From: Eledone cirrhosa
Lineage: Eukaryota
Reading direction: 5' to 3'
NCBI GenBank assembly: GCA_964016885.1
Contig: OZ024745.1
Coordinates: 46,810,001-46,874,000 of the forward strand
DNA: 64,000 nucleotides
Below the pieces are notes generated by a model. It did not search any database. It was given only the letters and a program-made list of their open reading frames with translations, and was not told where the DNA came from. The position numbers were made by a program, and so were the translations under genes. Below are positions 23,692-38,924 of this stretch, piece after piece. How positions within the stretch are numbered: position 1 is the stretch's first letter; each line of letters starts with the position of its first letter.

Positions 23692-25029
23692 ACAGAAAAG
23701 AAAACAAACAAACTTCCAAGTGTCTGTCTACACTTGGTTACGTGTCGAGGATTGCTTTCTACTCAATTATCTTAAATGATTTCCATAATCATATTCTGCA
23801 AACAAAATAGTTAAAAACTGAACATAAAATATTTGTGATATTTTTCCAGTTTATAGGATGGAATGTATTCCTGCATCATTATTGGGAACACGATTGAATA
23901 ATTGTAATTTTGTTTTTCATTGCATGTAAATATTCTTGATGGATTTCTTAACCCTCCTGTGTATGCAGCATATGGATCAATTTAGCTTTACATTTTATTT
24001 ATAATAAATATAATTTCAAACTAGTTCTGTTAGAATTATTGGAGAAATGCAGTTTGATTGTGTGTATTATATATATACACACCAGTTTTACAAGCAAATT
24101 TCTTTGCTATACAGAAAATGTAAATCATGATATAGGTATAATGCATAATTTTACTTCACAATTCTGTGGTTTTGTGCATATGAACTTGAACTTGCTTGAA
24201 AAAATGTGCACCTGAATGTGAATTGTGTATGTGGATTGTGTATGGGTTCTTTTTATTTTCATTTCCTGATGCTATTTTCTTTTCTTAAATGAGTATAATA
24301 AATTATATTTTATTTTGTTGCTTAGATATTCAAATATGAATATAAGATTTTCTTGTTTTGTTACATACTTATTTTAGCTTTCATATTCAGTCAACACCAT
24401 AGGTCTATCCATGACTATTGCATACAATTTTCTTTTATAAACATATATTGAAAACCAATAAATTTTAAATAAAGGAAAAAAATTACCGACATTTATTTAA
24501 AGTAGTTATTTTTGTGTTTGAGCTTTTGTTGTTCTATAGTTTGTTTGTTTTTGTTTTTTTAATTTTATTTTTGTAATACATTTGGTATAATCATAAACAA
24601 ATATACTTATATGCATACACATATGTTTGAATTATTGTCAAATAGAAGTAAAAATATTGCTGAATCTATAAATGTTTACTGTATCAGTTTCTAAAAATGT
24701 GTATCATAAAGAAGGCATTGATTGCTTTTGTTTTTTCTTTGCTATAAACCAACTAAAAACAAGATTTAATAAATTAGCAGGCATCGGTCCAAAATTCAAT
24801 TATCTTAAATGATTTCCATAAAAGTAACTCTCAATGAATGTTTTGTATCAAGCTGTAAACATTAAGGTACTGGAAATATCAAGTAATTTTACTGAAGGTT
24901 CCTAGTCTAGTTTTTTACCATAACACTGGAATTTGTAGATATACCAATCTGCTTATTTAGTGGTAGATATTTGGAAAAAAAAAAGTGTTTAATATCATAT
25001 TATTTTGTCTTATATAATGAACCAATCTA

Positions 25030-25240
25030 GGATTGGCAGTATCATTAGGGCATCAGACAAAATGCTTTGTGTCATTTGTTCTTATTCTTTACATTGACCG
25101 CAGCATGATTTGAACTGTCAACGTTGACTTTCATTTTTCTGAGGTCAATAAAATAAAGTAACAGTCAAGTACTGGGTCCTATTTCATTAACTTTCCTCTC
25201 CCCTCAAAATTGATGACCTTGTGAGTAAATTAGAAACCAT
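25030..25240 (+). mobile_element. tRNA-derived SINE (Meta/Sauria-like core), decayed
   Basis: gttgactttcatttttctgaggtcaataaaataaagtaacagtcaagtactggg matches the core of the copies at 40500-40698 and 41636-41942. Confidence 0.6.
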
Positions 25241-26094
25241 GATAATAAACTAGTATGTTGTATCTCCTAGTTCTGTTCCAGTATTTAGTAAATCCATTTG
25301 CTTACTGATATTTTGTGTTGCCAACTGTTTTTGTTTTAACTTGTAATCAATGTAAATATTTTCCTCTCAATCACTGAAGATTTAAGAATGATGATGGTAT
25401 TTTATCATTTATGTTTTTTTAATTAACTGTAAAATAGTTACCCTATGAACTCAAGAAGGAAGGACATGTTTGAAGAATTTATCACTTTTCATGGTAAATT
25501 ATCAGAAATCATATTTTGTCATTACCAGTAATATTTGTATTTTAAAAAAATAAAACAAGCTGTACATAATTCAGACATGTTTGTTCTGGTACAGCCAACA
25601 CTTTTTATACTAATCCAAAAGCTTTTTAGCACCAAAATAATGTTTTAATATTTGGTCAATGTGTGTATGTATCTCAAGAATTTCAATCTCAAATGAAAAC
25701 AAGAAATTAGTTACATATATTAGATAGTTGCTTCTCTATCAATATTTTGAACTGTTCTAATTAGATAAATGACATGTTAGATTGTTAGTAGTTTGGTTTA
25801 AATTTCTTGTGAGTTGCATAGTGTATGTCAATGACTGAAATATGTTGTATTATATATATATTTATTGTAGTACAAACTTGGTATAAATATCCAAGGGTTT
25901 AGAGCACTCAGTCTGTAGGAAAAGTTATGTATATTCAGTTACAACAGTGATATATACATATACTTAAGTTGTGTTGGGTGGCTACCCCAACTCATTCAGC
26001 CTGCCATATTATAATGGAGTACAATATGGCAGGCTGAATGAAGCAACCCAATAAAACTTAAGTGCCTGTATATATCACTGTAATGGATTATATA

Positions 26095-26134
<40 letters not shown>

Positions 26135-26574
26135 TGAGTCGGGACCCCGACAGCTGAGCCCTTGCTGTTTCAACAGCTAGTTCCAGGCTCTAGTTCAAGT
26201 AACGGTATAACCAGTTTCTAACTGAATCCATCCGGATTTATATATGTATATTGTATTCAAAAAATAGAAATCGTTTTAATTAGCTATAAGCTGAATTTTA
26301 CTTTGTTCCTATTTCAAGAATCTCTTGCCTTAAAATATTAACAAATCAACAATAACTACTACATAGACAACAACATATCACAGAAAAACTATGCTTAAAA
26401 TTCTGATTCATTCATTCATTACTATGACAGTTTTGTTAAGGGAAATTAATTACGAGAAAATGCTATGTTCATGGCTTAAATCTTTTCCCAAAGCCTAAAT
26501 GTATTTTTGTTACTGAAGCTGGAAAGAGCATTTTTATTATGTGCGTGTGTGTATGTATGATGCAATTATAAAAA

Positions 26575-26810
26575 GTTACTCCTTGGGTCAACCTAAGCCT
26601 TATGAGAGAAATTGGGTTGATGGAAACGGATTAACAGCCCATCAGATGGACTGTACCTGCAACTCAAAAGGCCAGCCTTGTCATGCTCAATCTCCCTGAG
26701 AATTATGTTAACAGTATATGTGTCTAGAATGTTCAGCCATTTGCACACTAATTCATGAGCACACTATTCTGCTGATGACACAAACACCTATTGTCAAAAC
26801 CAACAGTTAT
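26575..26810 (-). mobile_element. SINE body fragment
   Basis: Resembles, as recalled, a common octopus SINE body; partially similar to the sequence at ~41530-41590 in the tandem unit. Confidence 0.45.
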
Positions 26811-27872
26811 CCATTCCAAATCCATTCCTTTCTTGGTTGGACTGAGAACTTTTCACCACCACCCGTTTGTAACTCAAGTAGTTTCATTGTTAAATCCAGT
26901 GAGCTACCAAAATAGATACAACAAAGTACCTAGGCTGACATTCTACTAGTTTGACCAGCTTCACTTATCACTATTGCTATACTAGTACCTAATTTCAATT
27001 CTGAGAATAAAATTGAAATAGATGGAAGTTTTCTTTTAATAAATAATAAATAATAAATTGTAAGGTTACAGTAAATTTCTAGATTTTCACACACACACAC
27101 ACTCATATACATTGATGAGTTTGAAGTTAAAGGGGTTAAATATTTTATATTTGAGATGAACTTTCACGAAACATTTGTCTAGTGTTTCTGGAAAGACAAA
27201 GTTTTCAAAAAAAATAATGGTACTATATATATTACATATTTGTGTTTATTTTATTTATTTTTTTTTTTTTTATATACTGTACTACTAATTTAATCTAATA
27301 AAATATTTTCATCACTTTTTCAACATTTATTTTGATAATGTTTGTGAATAAATCCACATTTATTTTAAGAATTCACTCTGAAATATCTAAGAAGCTGGCC
27401 TAATTTAAGGAACACTCATATTTCACCTCATGGGACATTTAAATGTGTATCTAAGGGATTGCTTTTATAATTATTTACTTAGGAAGGGAAAGGCAGTTCT
27501 CATGATGCTTTTCAAAGCCTCTGAGGCATGTGGGAAGAATGTATCCTTAAACAAAAGACTTGGTAATAATGTCTTCAAAATTGGACTCCACTAACAACCT
27601 AAGGGCAAGGTGGTCATGTTGAAATGGGTGACATATTTTCTGCCTTCCAAAGGGCCCACTGAGATTTAAACCCAGAGCACAAAATTCTTGAACAAATGTT
27701 GAGAGATATCTTGTATGATGCTCTGACACTTTCATCAATTCACTGCCCTGAACATGCATTATAATATATTTCTCAATCCCCAAAAGGATGTAGGGCAAGG
27801 TTCACCATAGAAAGTCATAACTAATACTGCAATATATGCCATACCATGGACCCTTAACTCCTGATGTTATTG

Positions 27873-29110
27873 TTTTTTTTTTTTTCATATGAGACAGCCA
27901 TCATGTGACATCCACCAGGTGCTGCAACTAGCACATAGTAGTGAGATTAGGGTGTGTAATGTCTACATTCTTAGATGGGCAGATATCTAGACACTCGGTA
28001 TATGTTTAACCAAGCTACTGATAGACACAGCACCCAGTGGTGCATGGCTGCATTGAATCAGCCAACACCTGTGCATAGTCGATTCAGGGACACCCACTCC
28101 GAGAGAGGTTAGTTACTGTTAAGAGGGTTGACATTCAGTTGGGTGAATTGAGTTGTCTGTTGCCAGCTAGCTCTCCACGTCTGGAGCATGTTGAAATTTG
28201 AGTTTTGCAGCACAGCTGCGTGACATCAAGTGATGTTGGATCAGTTGCTGAGAACCCTCATCATGGAAAATGACTTGGGTCTATTGTGGCTTTGGTTACC
28301 AACCTATATGCATGATGCTCCTCATGTAGAGGTAGATATTCAGTTGGTGTAGGGTGGAGACATCTGATGATGAGCCTTAACCCTTTAGCATTTACATTAC
28401 TCTATATATACTATTGTTTTTTCTCAAAGGCTTTATCTCATATAATATGGAATCTATGAGATTTTGATGTTCAATACCTTAACATCAGTATGAGCAGCTG
28501 GTTTGATCAAAAAGAACTGAGAGAATTATGGCCGTATACAGCCAATTTAAATGCTAATGGGTTAAGGGGTTATTCAGGGCTGTATCTAGCCTTTTAGTAT
28601 GGGAGTTTCTGCACTATACAGGGGAGCCATACTCAGCAGCACTGTAGAGCAAAGCTAGGGCACTGGCACATAGGATGGATGAGCCAGCACCCCATGATGG
28701 GTCTGCCAAGCAACATAGAAGGTTGTTCCTCATTGATACCTTTGCATGTAAACACTCTAGGTGCTGTCAGTCCAATTTCACTCCAAGATAGGTTGGTGTA
28801 GTGCTACATGGGAAGAGTGTCCCTTATTCCAGATAATCCACTTGAACTAATTCCAAGCAAACCAGTTAAATGGTGGAATTTCTGCAATGTCAACTAGGAA
28901 CTATTTGCAAAACTGGCAGATACTGAAGTGTAGAGCCTTCTCACACCAGATCCATCAAACCTTGACGACCCCTGCTCAGATTTCTTTAAATTTCTCATCA
29001 AGGCAGCAATAATCTCTATTCCACATGGCTTTCACTGACACTACATCCTCACTTGAGAGGAAGAATGTGAAACCCTCTATGATGAGTTCCTGCATGTTGA
29101 ACATGGAGAG
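27873..29110 (-). mobile_element. Decayed Ingi/Vingi-like non-LTR retrotransposon with an inverted upstream segment
   Basis: Minus strand ~28620-28800 encodes PTYLGVKLD...KVSMRNNLL...SWGAGSSILCASALALLYSAAEYGSP; T-run at 27873-27885 is the poly(A) tail; plus strand 28850-29060 encodes IPSKPVKWWNF..SIPHG, which resembles the EN-RT linker. Confidence 0.6.
28381..28561. mobile_element. piggyBac-type MITE with TTAA target duplication, nested in the LINE remnant
   Basis: ttaa|ccctttagcattta ... taaatgctaatggg|ttaa. Confidence 0.85.
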
Positions 29111-29396
29111 GATGCATGATAAAAGCACCCAGTACACACTGTAAAGTGTGAGGAAGGACATCCATAGGAAGCTTGTTAGGAGGACCCTCCAGTTGTGTCA
29201 AAGACATGACAATCTCTTTAGTCCCAGTGCTTTGTTAAAATGTGGAACTGTATATAAGCGAAGTGTAGACCTCGGCCTGTCTGGGAGGTCAATAGCCCGA
29301 CCTCAGTACTGACTCTGTCTGTAAAGATCCATCCAACCCTTTCTAGCAGGGAAAGTGGACATTAACTGATGATGATGATGATATATATATATATAT

Positions 29397-30880
29397 GCAG
29401 CGAAGCTTCAATGAGATTGTTTCTGTTCTCAAATAGTCGCAAAGCAACAGCCTAACTAATTACTTTGTTTGAGCTAGCAACAATTCACTGAGACACTTTC
29501 GAATCACCATAAACTCGACCAACAAACCACTCATTCAACTTCACTAACTCATCTCATAACTCCTACTACACCACTCCTTAGGAGCCCCAAATTACAGACC
29601 TTGCCTTCGAGCCAATCTTCCAAACGAAGATGGTTGGCCTTGAGCAGTTGCTGAAGAATATTGAAGCAATCAAACCCCATCAAGAGTTTTTCATACTCAG
29701 AAACTACCTTTCAATTCCTAAGCTTCTGTATCTGCTTAGGGTCAGCCCTTCTCACAGATTTCCGTCCTGCCTTCAACGCTTTGACGATCTAATCTTCGAG
29801 AGATTTTGAGTGCTTGGTCAATGTCAGACTCTCTCCAGAGTCCAGAGATCAGGCTGTGTTGCCCAAGTGATTTGGTGGTCTTGGTCTTCATAAATGTTTG
29901 TCCCTCTCTCTCCCCTGATTCCTTTCCTCCACCCTGGTGAGCAACATTCTCTCCTCTCCCACATGGATTAGTTCCAACAGGGAGTTGGATGAAGCTCTCC
30001 AACAAGTTGGGCTTGTCTGTTCCTGAGAAAGAGGAAGACAATCGAAATCAGAGAGCGTGGGACAGCATACATTTGAGGGTCAATCTTCAACTAGTCGGAT
30101 CAGTTTGCAAGGTGCTGCTTACTGCCTGTCAGCTCCAAATACTCAGGTGACTTGGTTGATGCCCTACCCATGGCTAACGGTGGACTACTCGGCTTGGATG
30201 AACTTTGTGTCTCCATTGCCCTCAGAGTGGGAACTAATGTCTGTACAGGTTTGAGGTGTTGATGTGGCAAACTCCTCGATTCCACAGACCTCCACGGTCT
30301 TTCTTGTTGCCTGAATGCCGGTCACTTCACACGTCACATGGAGCTAAACTTTATTCTCGAGAGAGCTATTGCCCGGGCAAACATCACCTCAATCTTGGAA
30401 CCATCTGGGCTGTCCAGAAGTGATGGGAAAAGACTTGACAGCCTTACTCTGTGCCCCTGGTCGAGAGGTAGATGCCTTGTATGGGACATCACAGTTAGTG
30501 ACTCTTTTGCTTCTCCCCACATCCTGGGTGCTGCAGTTAGGGCGAGAGCCACAGGTTCTGCAGCCGAATGGAACAAAATCCTAAAATAACATGATTTATC
30601 GGCCAACTATATTTTCCAGCCTGTGGCGTTCGAGACGCTTGGGGAAGTAGGGCTACTGACTGCGAGATTCCTATCTTCACTGCCAGCTCGCCTAACAGAG
30701 GTAACTGGTGAAGGCGCTTGGGTGTTCCAGTACATCAGCCTTGCCATCACTCAAGGTAACGCTGCGAGCGTGCTGGCTTGCCTAAAAAATCATTAGAGGT
30801 TTCCCAGTGCTCTTCACGATACTGTTATCTTTTACTCTGGTAGCGACTCGGTTGTCCACTCCTTTCATCTACCTTTTGTT
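29397..30880 (+). mobile_element. CRE-like non-LTR retrotransposon (restriction-like endonuclease), 5'-truncated and decayed
   Basis: Zn-knuckle remnant LHGLSC followed by RH, then LEPSGLSRSDGKRLDSLTLCPWSRGRCLVWDITVSDS, FQPVAFETLG and ISLAITQGNAASVL; upstream FILRNYLSIPKLLYLLRVSP; several stops and frameshifts. Confidence 0.82.
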
Positions 30881-30889
30881 GTATGTGGT

Positions 30890-31319
30890 CAGTGACGGAC
30901 TGGCTAGGTTGCCCAATGGCTAGTGGGCCCCAGGGGTCCACGGTAGCATTGCAAGAGCCTACAGTAGCATTGCAGGGCCCACTGTAGTATTTTAGGGGCC
31001 AATGCTTTGCTTTAAAAAAATACCTGCAATCTTAGAGAAAGAACAAAATTTTTTAAAAGAAAAATAAATCAACTAAACAAAGCATGTGGTCAACCAATTC
31101 CTCAGGGAATTATTAGAAACCTAAATATATGATAGTGCAAATAGCTGGAATCAGTGGTCGTACATTCTACTAAATCTAAAGCTTACATATAAAGACACAG
31201 ACACACAAGCATATATGTATATATATTTATATACTTACACACGAACTACTGACCAAATAATATTTGGTATCAATGGGTTAAAGACATCTGTCAAATCAAT
31301 TAGAGGTGAGGGTGGTGTG

Positions 31320-31357
<38 letters not shown>

Positions 31358-32111
31358 AGGATACACACACACATATATATATTTTCTTTTTGAGTATGTG
31401 TTGGTTGTTTACCGACACCTCAGTATGCATGTTGGAGCACTCGAAGTACACAGGTTGGTTTGTTTACTCCGGAGTAATGTAAAATAAGTAAGTCAAACAT
31501 GTTATATTTGGCTTCGTTTATTATAAATTCTCTGCTATATATATTTCAGTGACAGCTATTATTGACTGTGACCTCTTCAGGCAGTACGAATTAATGTAGA
31601 AAGAACAGGTAAACATGGTGTTTACCTGAAATTCCAGTTCGTCGGAGGACTAACAACACACCCAGGATCTGGACATATCGATGAATTGACAGAGTGGAAC
31701 ACATTTCAACACCATGTTACCTGTTCTTTCTACATTAATTCGTACTGCCCGATGAGGTCACAGCCAATAATAGCTGTCACTGAAATATATATAGCAGAGA
31801 AGCCAAATTTAACGAAGCCAAATTTAACATGTTTGACTTACTTACTTTATATATATATATAGAGAGAGAGAGTGTGAAAGACCAAAGGTCATTATTGAAA
31901 GTTTCTAGATTTCGCAAAATACATTTATATATTTTTTATTGGAGAAGGTACGATATTTTTCCGCAAAAATTTGATTGCACTGTTTTGTTTCCACTTATGT
32001 ATTTTTTGAAAATGTTATTAATTCATTATAAAAATTAAATGACACCATTCTATATGTAAGTGGGCCCCCTTCATCTGACAATCAATATTTTTAGACCTTA
32101 GTCCGCCATTG
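30890..32111. mobile_element. hAT-like non-autonomous element carrying a nested foldback
   Basis: Termini cagtgacggact / agtccgccattg; subterminal agtgggcccc motifs at both ends; left flank tatgtggt versus right flank tat(at)nggt may be a slipped 8-bp TSD. Confidence 0.55.
31387..31847. mobile_element. Penelope-like foldback with ~140-bp inverted arms and two hammerhead motifs
   Basis: Arms ~31486-31619 and ~31710-31845; hammerhead motifs at 31532-31584 (-) and 31745-31797 (+, core ccgatga). Confidence 0.65.
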
Positions 32112-32159
32112 TATATATATATATATGGTATCCAATGATGTTGACTTGTTCTTCTTTTT

Positions 32160-34530
32160 GGTAAATATCATCTTGATTAAGAGAGTGGGACTGGCTTTGT
32201 GCAGTGCCTTTGCTCACTATAAAAGCTTCACAGCACAGGTATTGCTTTATATCTGGAGATCTCTCTGCACTTGTCATCTTGATGTGGAACTCTGGCTGGC
32301 TGTAGCCTAAAAAGGCAAACTACATTACAATGAAGGTACCTAACACAATTGAAGTAAATGGCAATAAGGGCTCTGGATCAGCATCATGTGAAAGGGTCTG
32401 GCCCGGCAGGTGTCCCAGGGTGTCGCAGTCTGGGCCCGGTCGTCATCAGTCTACTGTGTGCAAACCACTTAATTTTGGGTGCTGGAATGTGCATACTTTG
32501 CTTGATGTTGAAACAAATGTGCAGCGACCTGAAAGAAGATCGGCATTGGTTGCCAAGGAGCTCAGGCGTTATGATATGGATGTTGTGGCCCTCTCGGAAA
32601 CTCGATTTCATGGTAAGGGCAAATTCACAGAGAAATCCGGTGGATATACGTTTTTCTGGAGGGGAAGGAAGGAGGGTAGGAGGGAAGCTGGTGTCGCTTT
32701 TGCCATAAAAACAGTTATAACAGACCACCTACAAGACCTGCCGACAGGCATTAGTGACAGACTGATCAATGTGAGAGTTCTTCTAGAGGGTGGAAGATAT
32801 GCAACCGCGATTGGTGCTTATGCACCAACTATGGAATGCATTGATGAAGCAAAGCAGGCTTTTTATGACAAATTAAAGTCTCTTGTCTGGAAATTGCCTG
32901 CAGCAAACAAAATTTTCATTTTTGAAGATTTTAATACTCGCGTGGGCCGTGATTGTGAGACCTGGAGAGCTCTGGGCAAGCATGGGGTCGGAAAGTGCAA
33001 TGGCAATGGACTCTTGTTATTGCAAATGTGCACTGAGCTGGACTTGTTCATTGGCAGCACTATGTTCCAACAGAAGGACAAATAAAAGACAACATGGATG
33101 CATCCTGGATCGAAACAGTGGCACCTCATTGATTATGTACTTGTGAGGCGGCGGGATGTGCAGTGTTCGTGTGATGCGTGGGGCAGAGTGTTGGACCGAC
33201 CATCATCTGGTGAGAGCAAGAGCAAGATGTGTAGTTCGTAAAAGGGAGAAACGGCGAGGGGTATCACTTCCGAAACTGCTGAACGTTGCCCATCTGAAGG
33301 ATCCTGAAGTCAGAGAAAATCTGGTTAAAAAGATGGATGCGTTAGAGTGCGGAAATGACTGGACTTCCTTTAAGGAGGCAGTTTATGGGGCATGTGCTGA
33401 TGTTGTTGGATTCACAGATAAGAAGCATCAGGATTGGTTTCACCAAAATGACAAGCTTTTGGAGGAGAAACATATGCTCCACTCCGCATTGCTTGGTAGT
33501 GATTTAAGCACCGATCGGCAGAAGGCAATCGCTGATAAGCTGAAGCTCGTAAAAGCTGATGTGCAACGAAAATTGTGTGAAATGAAGAATAAGTGGTGGA
33601 ATGACAAAGCCGATGAAATACAACTTGCATCGGATGTGAAGGACGTTAAGGCAATGTATAATCTTCTTCGTGAAGTGTATGGACCACCTATATCACCAGT
33701 TGCGCCTCTTAGGACAAAGGATGGCAATCAGCTCCTTAGAGATCCTAATGATATCCTGTTGAGATGGCGGGAACACTTTGACGCGCTTCTCAATAGGGAT
33801 TCAGAGGTTGACGAAGAGTTTATCAGGTCCATACCTGATAAGCCAGTAAAGGAAATCCTTGCTGAGCCTCCAACGATCGAGGAGGTTAAAAGTGCTGTCT
33901 GGAAACTCAATGGTGGGAAGTCGCCTGGATTGGATGGGCTGTATGCTGAGATCTTGAAGCACGGTGGAGAGAATCTCTTGCACCGACTTCATTCTTTGGT
34001 TCTGGATGCCTGGAACAACAGTCATGTTCCCGATGACTGGAAGGATGCTGTGATGGTTGTTTTGGACAAGGGAAAGGGAAACAGGGATGACTGCTGAAAC
34101 TATCGTGGGGTATCACTGTTGTCGGCAAAGTTCTCTGTAGAATTCTGTTGGACCATCTGTTGCTCCACATTGCTGATGAAGCTCTACCAGAGTCGCAATC
34201 GGGCTTTCGGGCTGGGCGTGGCACTGTAGACATGATCTTTACAGCCAGACAACTGCAGGAAAAGTGTGTTGAGCAGAATGTGGATCTCTACCAGGTGTTT
34301 GTTGATCTGACAAAGGCGTTTGACACAGTCAACAGAAAGGCTTTATAGGATATCTTGAGGAAGCTGGGGGGCCCTGAGAAGTTTGTTTCCATTTTGCGTT
34401 TGTTCCATGATGACATGAAGGCATGGGTAAATGTTGGTGGAAAGCTCTCTGAGCCGGTGACGTTCGAGAATGGAGTCAAACAGGGTGACATTCCAGCTCC
34501 AACGCTCTTTGCTTTGTACTTCTCCATTAT
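32160..34530 (+). mobile_element. RTE-clade (BovB-like) LINE: APE endonuclease plus partial RT, disrupted, 3' end missing
   Basis: NFGCWNVHTLLD..RPERRSALVAKELRRYDMDVVALSETR, GAYAPT, DFNTRVG, WHLIDYVL, ECWTDH, GKSPGLDGL, LPESQSGFRAGRGTVDMIF, FVDLTKAFDTVNR, GVKQGDIPAPTLF; stops and frameshifts separate the ORF pieces. Confidence 0.95.
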
Positions 34531-34799
34531 AACAGTGCAACACATTCGTGGACCCTTAACTCCCGATGGAGTTGTAGGAGCATTTAAACTGGTGGAGCCC
34601 ATCCTTCTCCAGGTTTGAACACAGCTGAGAAATGAGAAGGAGGTTTAGAGGACGAATCAGTAAAATATATAAATAAAATAATTTTGTATCTTACATAAAA
34701 AATAAATGATAGATCTGAAGAATTGATATGTAGAAAAGGAAAGTTTTCTGAATGAATACTGTGATGTAAGATTTTCATATTGATACCATTTTTGTAGGA

Positions 34800-35350
34800 G
34801 TGGCTACTGATAGGAAGTTAAATGTAGATGAATGGCTTGTGGGGGGGCCATGCAGGTCATGTGTAGAGGAACAACCAGCAAAGTGAGAGTTGGCAATAAG
34901 TACAGTGATGAATATGAAGTGGAGATGGGATCCCACCAGGGATCATTCTTCAGTCCATTCCTGTTTATCATTTTACTTCAGGCCATCACTGAGGAGTTTA
35001 AAACTGGCACAGTCCTCATAGCTAAATCAATAGGAGAGTTAAAAGCAAAATTTCAAGCATGGAAGAAAAACCTAAGAGTTGAAAGGCTTAAAATTAAACT
35101 TAGCAACAACAAAAAGTCTTAATAAGTTGGAAAGAGGAAAAGAGGTTGATATTTTCAAGGAAGAGGCCTTGTTTAATAGGTCAGAAAAGGATGGACAGAA
35201 ACTCCATAAGGCTCACATAGTGTAATCTATGGAAGCACAAGAGTTGTAGTGGGACTGCAGGTAGGTTAAGGGAAAAGACAGACTTTGTATGTAGCAGATG
35301 CACATGTGAAACAAACACCCTCAGTTACTAAGGATGCTCCTTAGAAGTTG
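34800..35350 (+). mobile_element. Second, older RTE-like RT fragment
   Basis: SKVRVGNKYSDEYEVEMGSHQGSFFSPFLFIILLQAITEEF corresponds to the RT QG motif region. Confidence 0.75.
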
Positions 35351-36513
35351 GTATATGTCAATAGGTTCTGGCCAGAGATTAACGACAGGAGAGGACCCAC
35401 AAGGTAGGTGAGCTACACTGTTTTTCCTTACAAAAAATAGTTTTGCATTTTGTTTGACACCTAGCAATTTTGCCTTATTTACAATTCTGCATTTTACTTT
35501 GCCTTTTAAACTCCTGTTTTGTGCTCACCTTTAATACCTATAGAACATTCAAGTGGTTATTCTATCTGCTAGAAATAGCAGCCAAATCTTTCTCAAATTA
35601 CACCTCACTATCTTTTAAACAAAAAGACACATTAGATAATGCAGTCCTTCATGCAAAAGAAAGATAGTCATGGCTAGCTTGCCTGACCATAGTGAAGATA
35701 AAAATGTTTTTTTTTTCAGTATTTACAAGAAAGATGGAAGCATAAATTAGTGAAATATTATTTAAAGATTCATAGGAAAGAAGGAAATAAATATATCAGT
35801 TAAATAATTGACAGAGCTATATTCTATACTATGGTACACAAACAGATGTATTTCTAGTTTGCAAATTTTAAGACTTTGCACATGTTTGTATGTGATTTTA
35901 ATAAGAAATTCAAAAGCAAAGTTCAATTATTCAGGTACAAATTTGTATCTACATTTTACCAGTATAAAAATGTCGTAAAATTCCACTATAGAATCTTTAC
36001 TTTATAAGCATCCTCATACTGTTGTTTTATTATTTCAGATTACCAGATGACATTGACATAAAATAATTCTCTTCAGACACATCACCAATATTTATCCCCT
36101 ATTAAGGATTAGGGAAGATTTGTTACGGAACAGATAAAGCCATGTTCATATAGATCCATGCATGAATTACAGTGAAATATTTCTTTTGAACTGGAATTAA
36201 TAGCAACATTTCTCTGCTTTACTGAATATGGAAAAGATAATTATATATTCTAATCAAGAAATTTCCATATGTGGATATGTTTTGATATATGGATCTATTT
36301 TAATATTAATTTACTTGTTCCTTATACAAGGTAGGGTTCTATCATAATAAACACTATTCAATTAATTATACCAGAAATGATTGTATCCTATTAATTTATT
36401 TAGCAAGTGACTTTTGGGAACATCTTTAGATGATGGAAGTATAGCAGAAGAAATAATTGTTAGGAACAGAAACCAAGAAAGTAGCTGTATATTGGGATGA
36501 AAGAAGAAAAATC

Positions 36514-38844
<2,331 letters not shown>

Positions 38845-38924
38845 AATCCATCTTAATGTACTATCTATAGTAGATTATTCTCTCTAAAATGTGACTTAAT
38901 TCAATACAAATAAAGCCATGTCAC

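Larger units (their letters stand above)
23692..27320 (+). other. Probable long IQGAP 3' UTR; candidate poly(A) signal AATAAA at 27297-27302
   Basis: AU-rich, TGTA-rich sequence after the stop; the AATAAA follows a T-rich tract and TGTA. Other AATAAA hexamers occur earlier, so the end point is uncertain. Confidence 0.4.
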
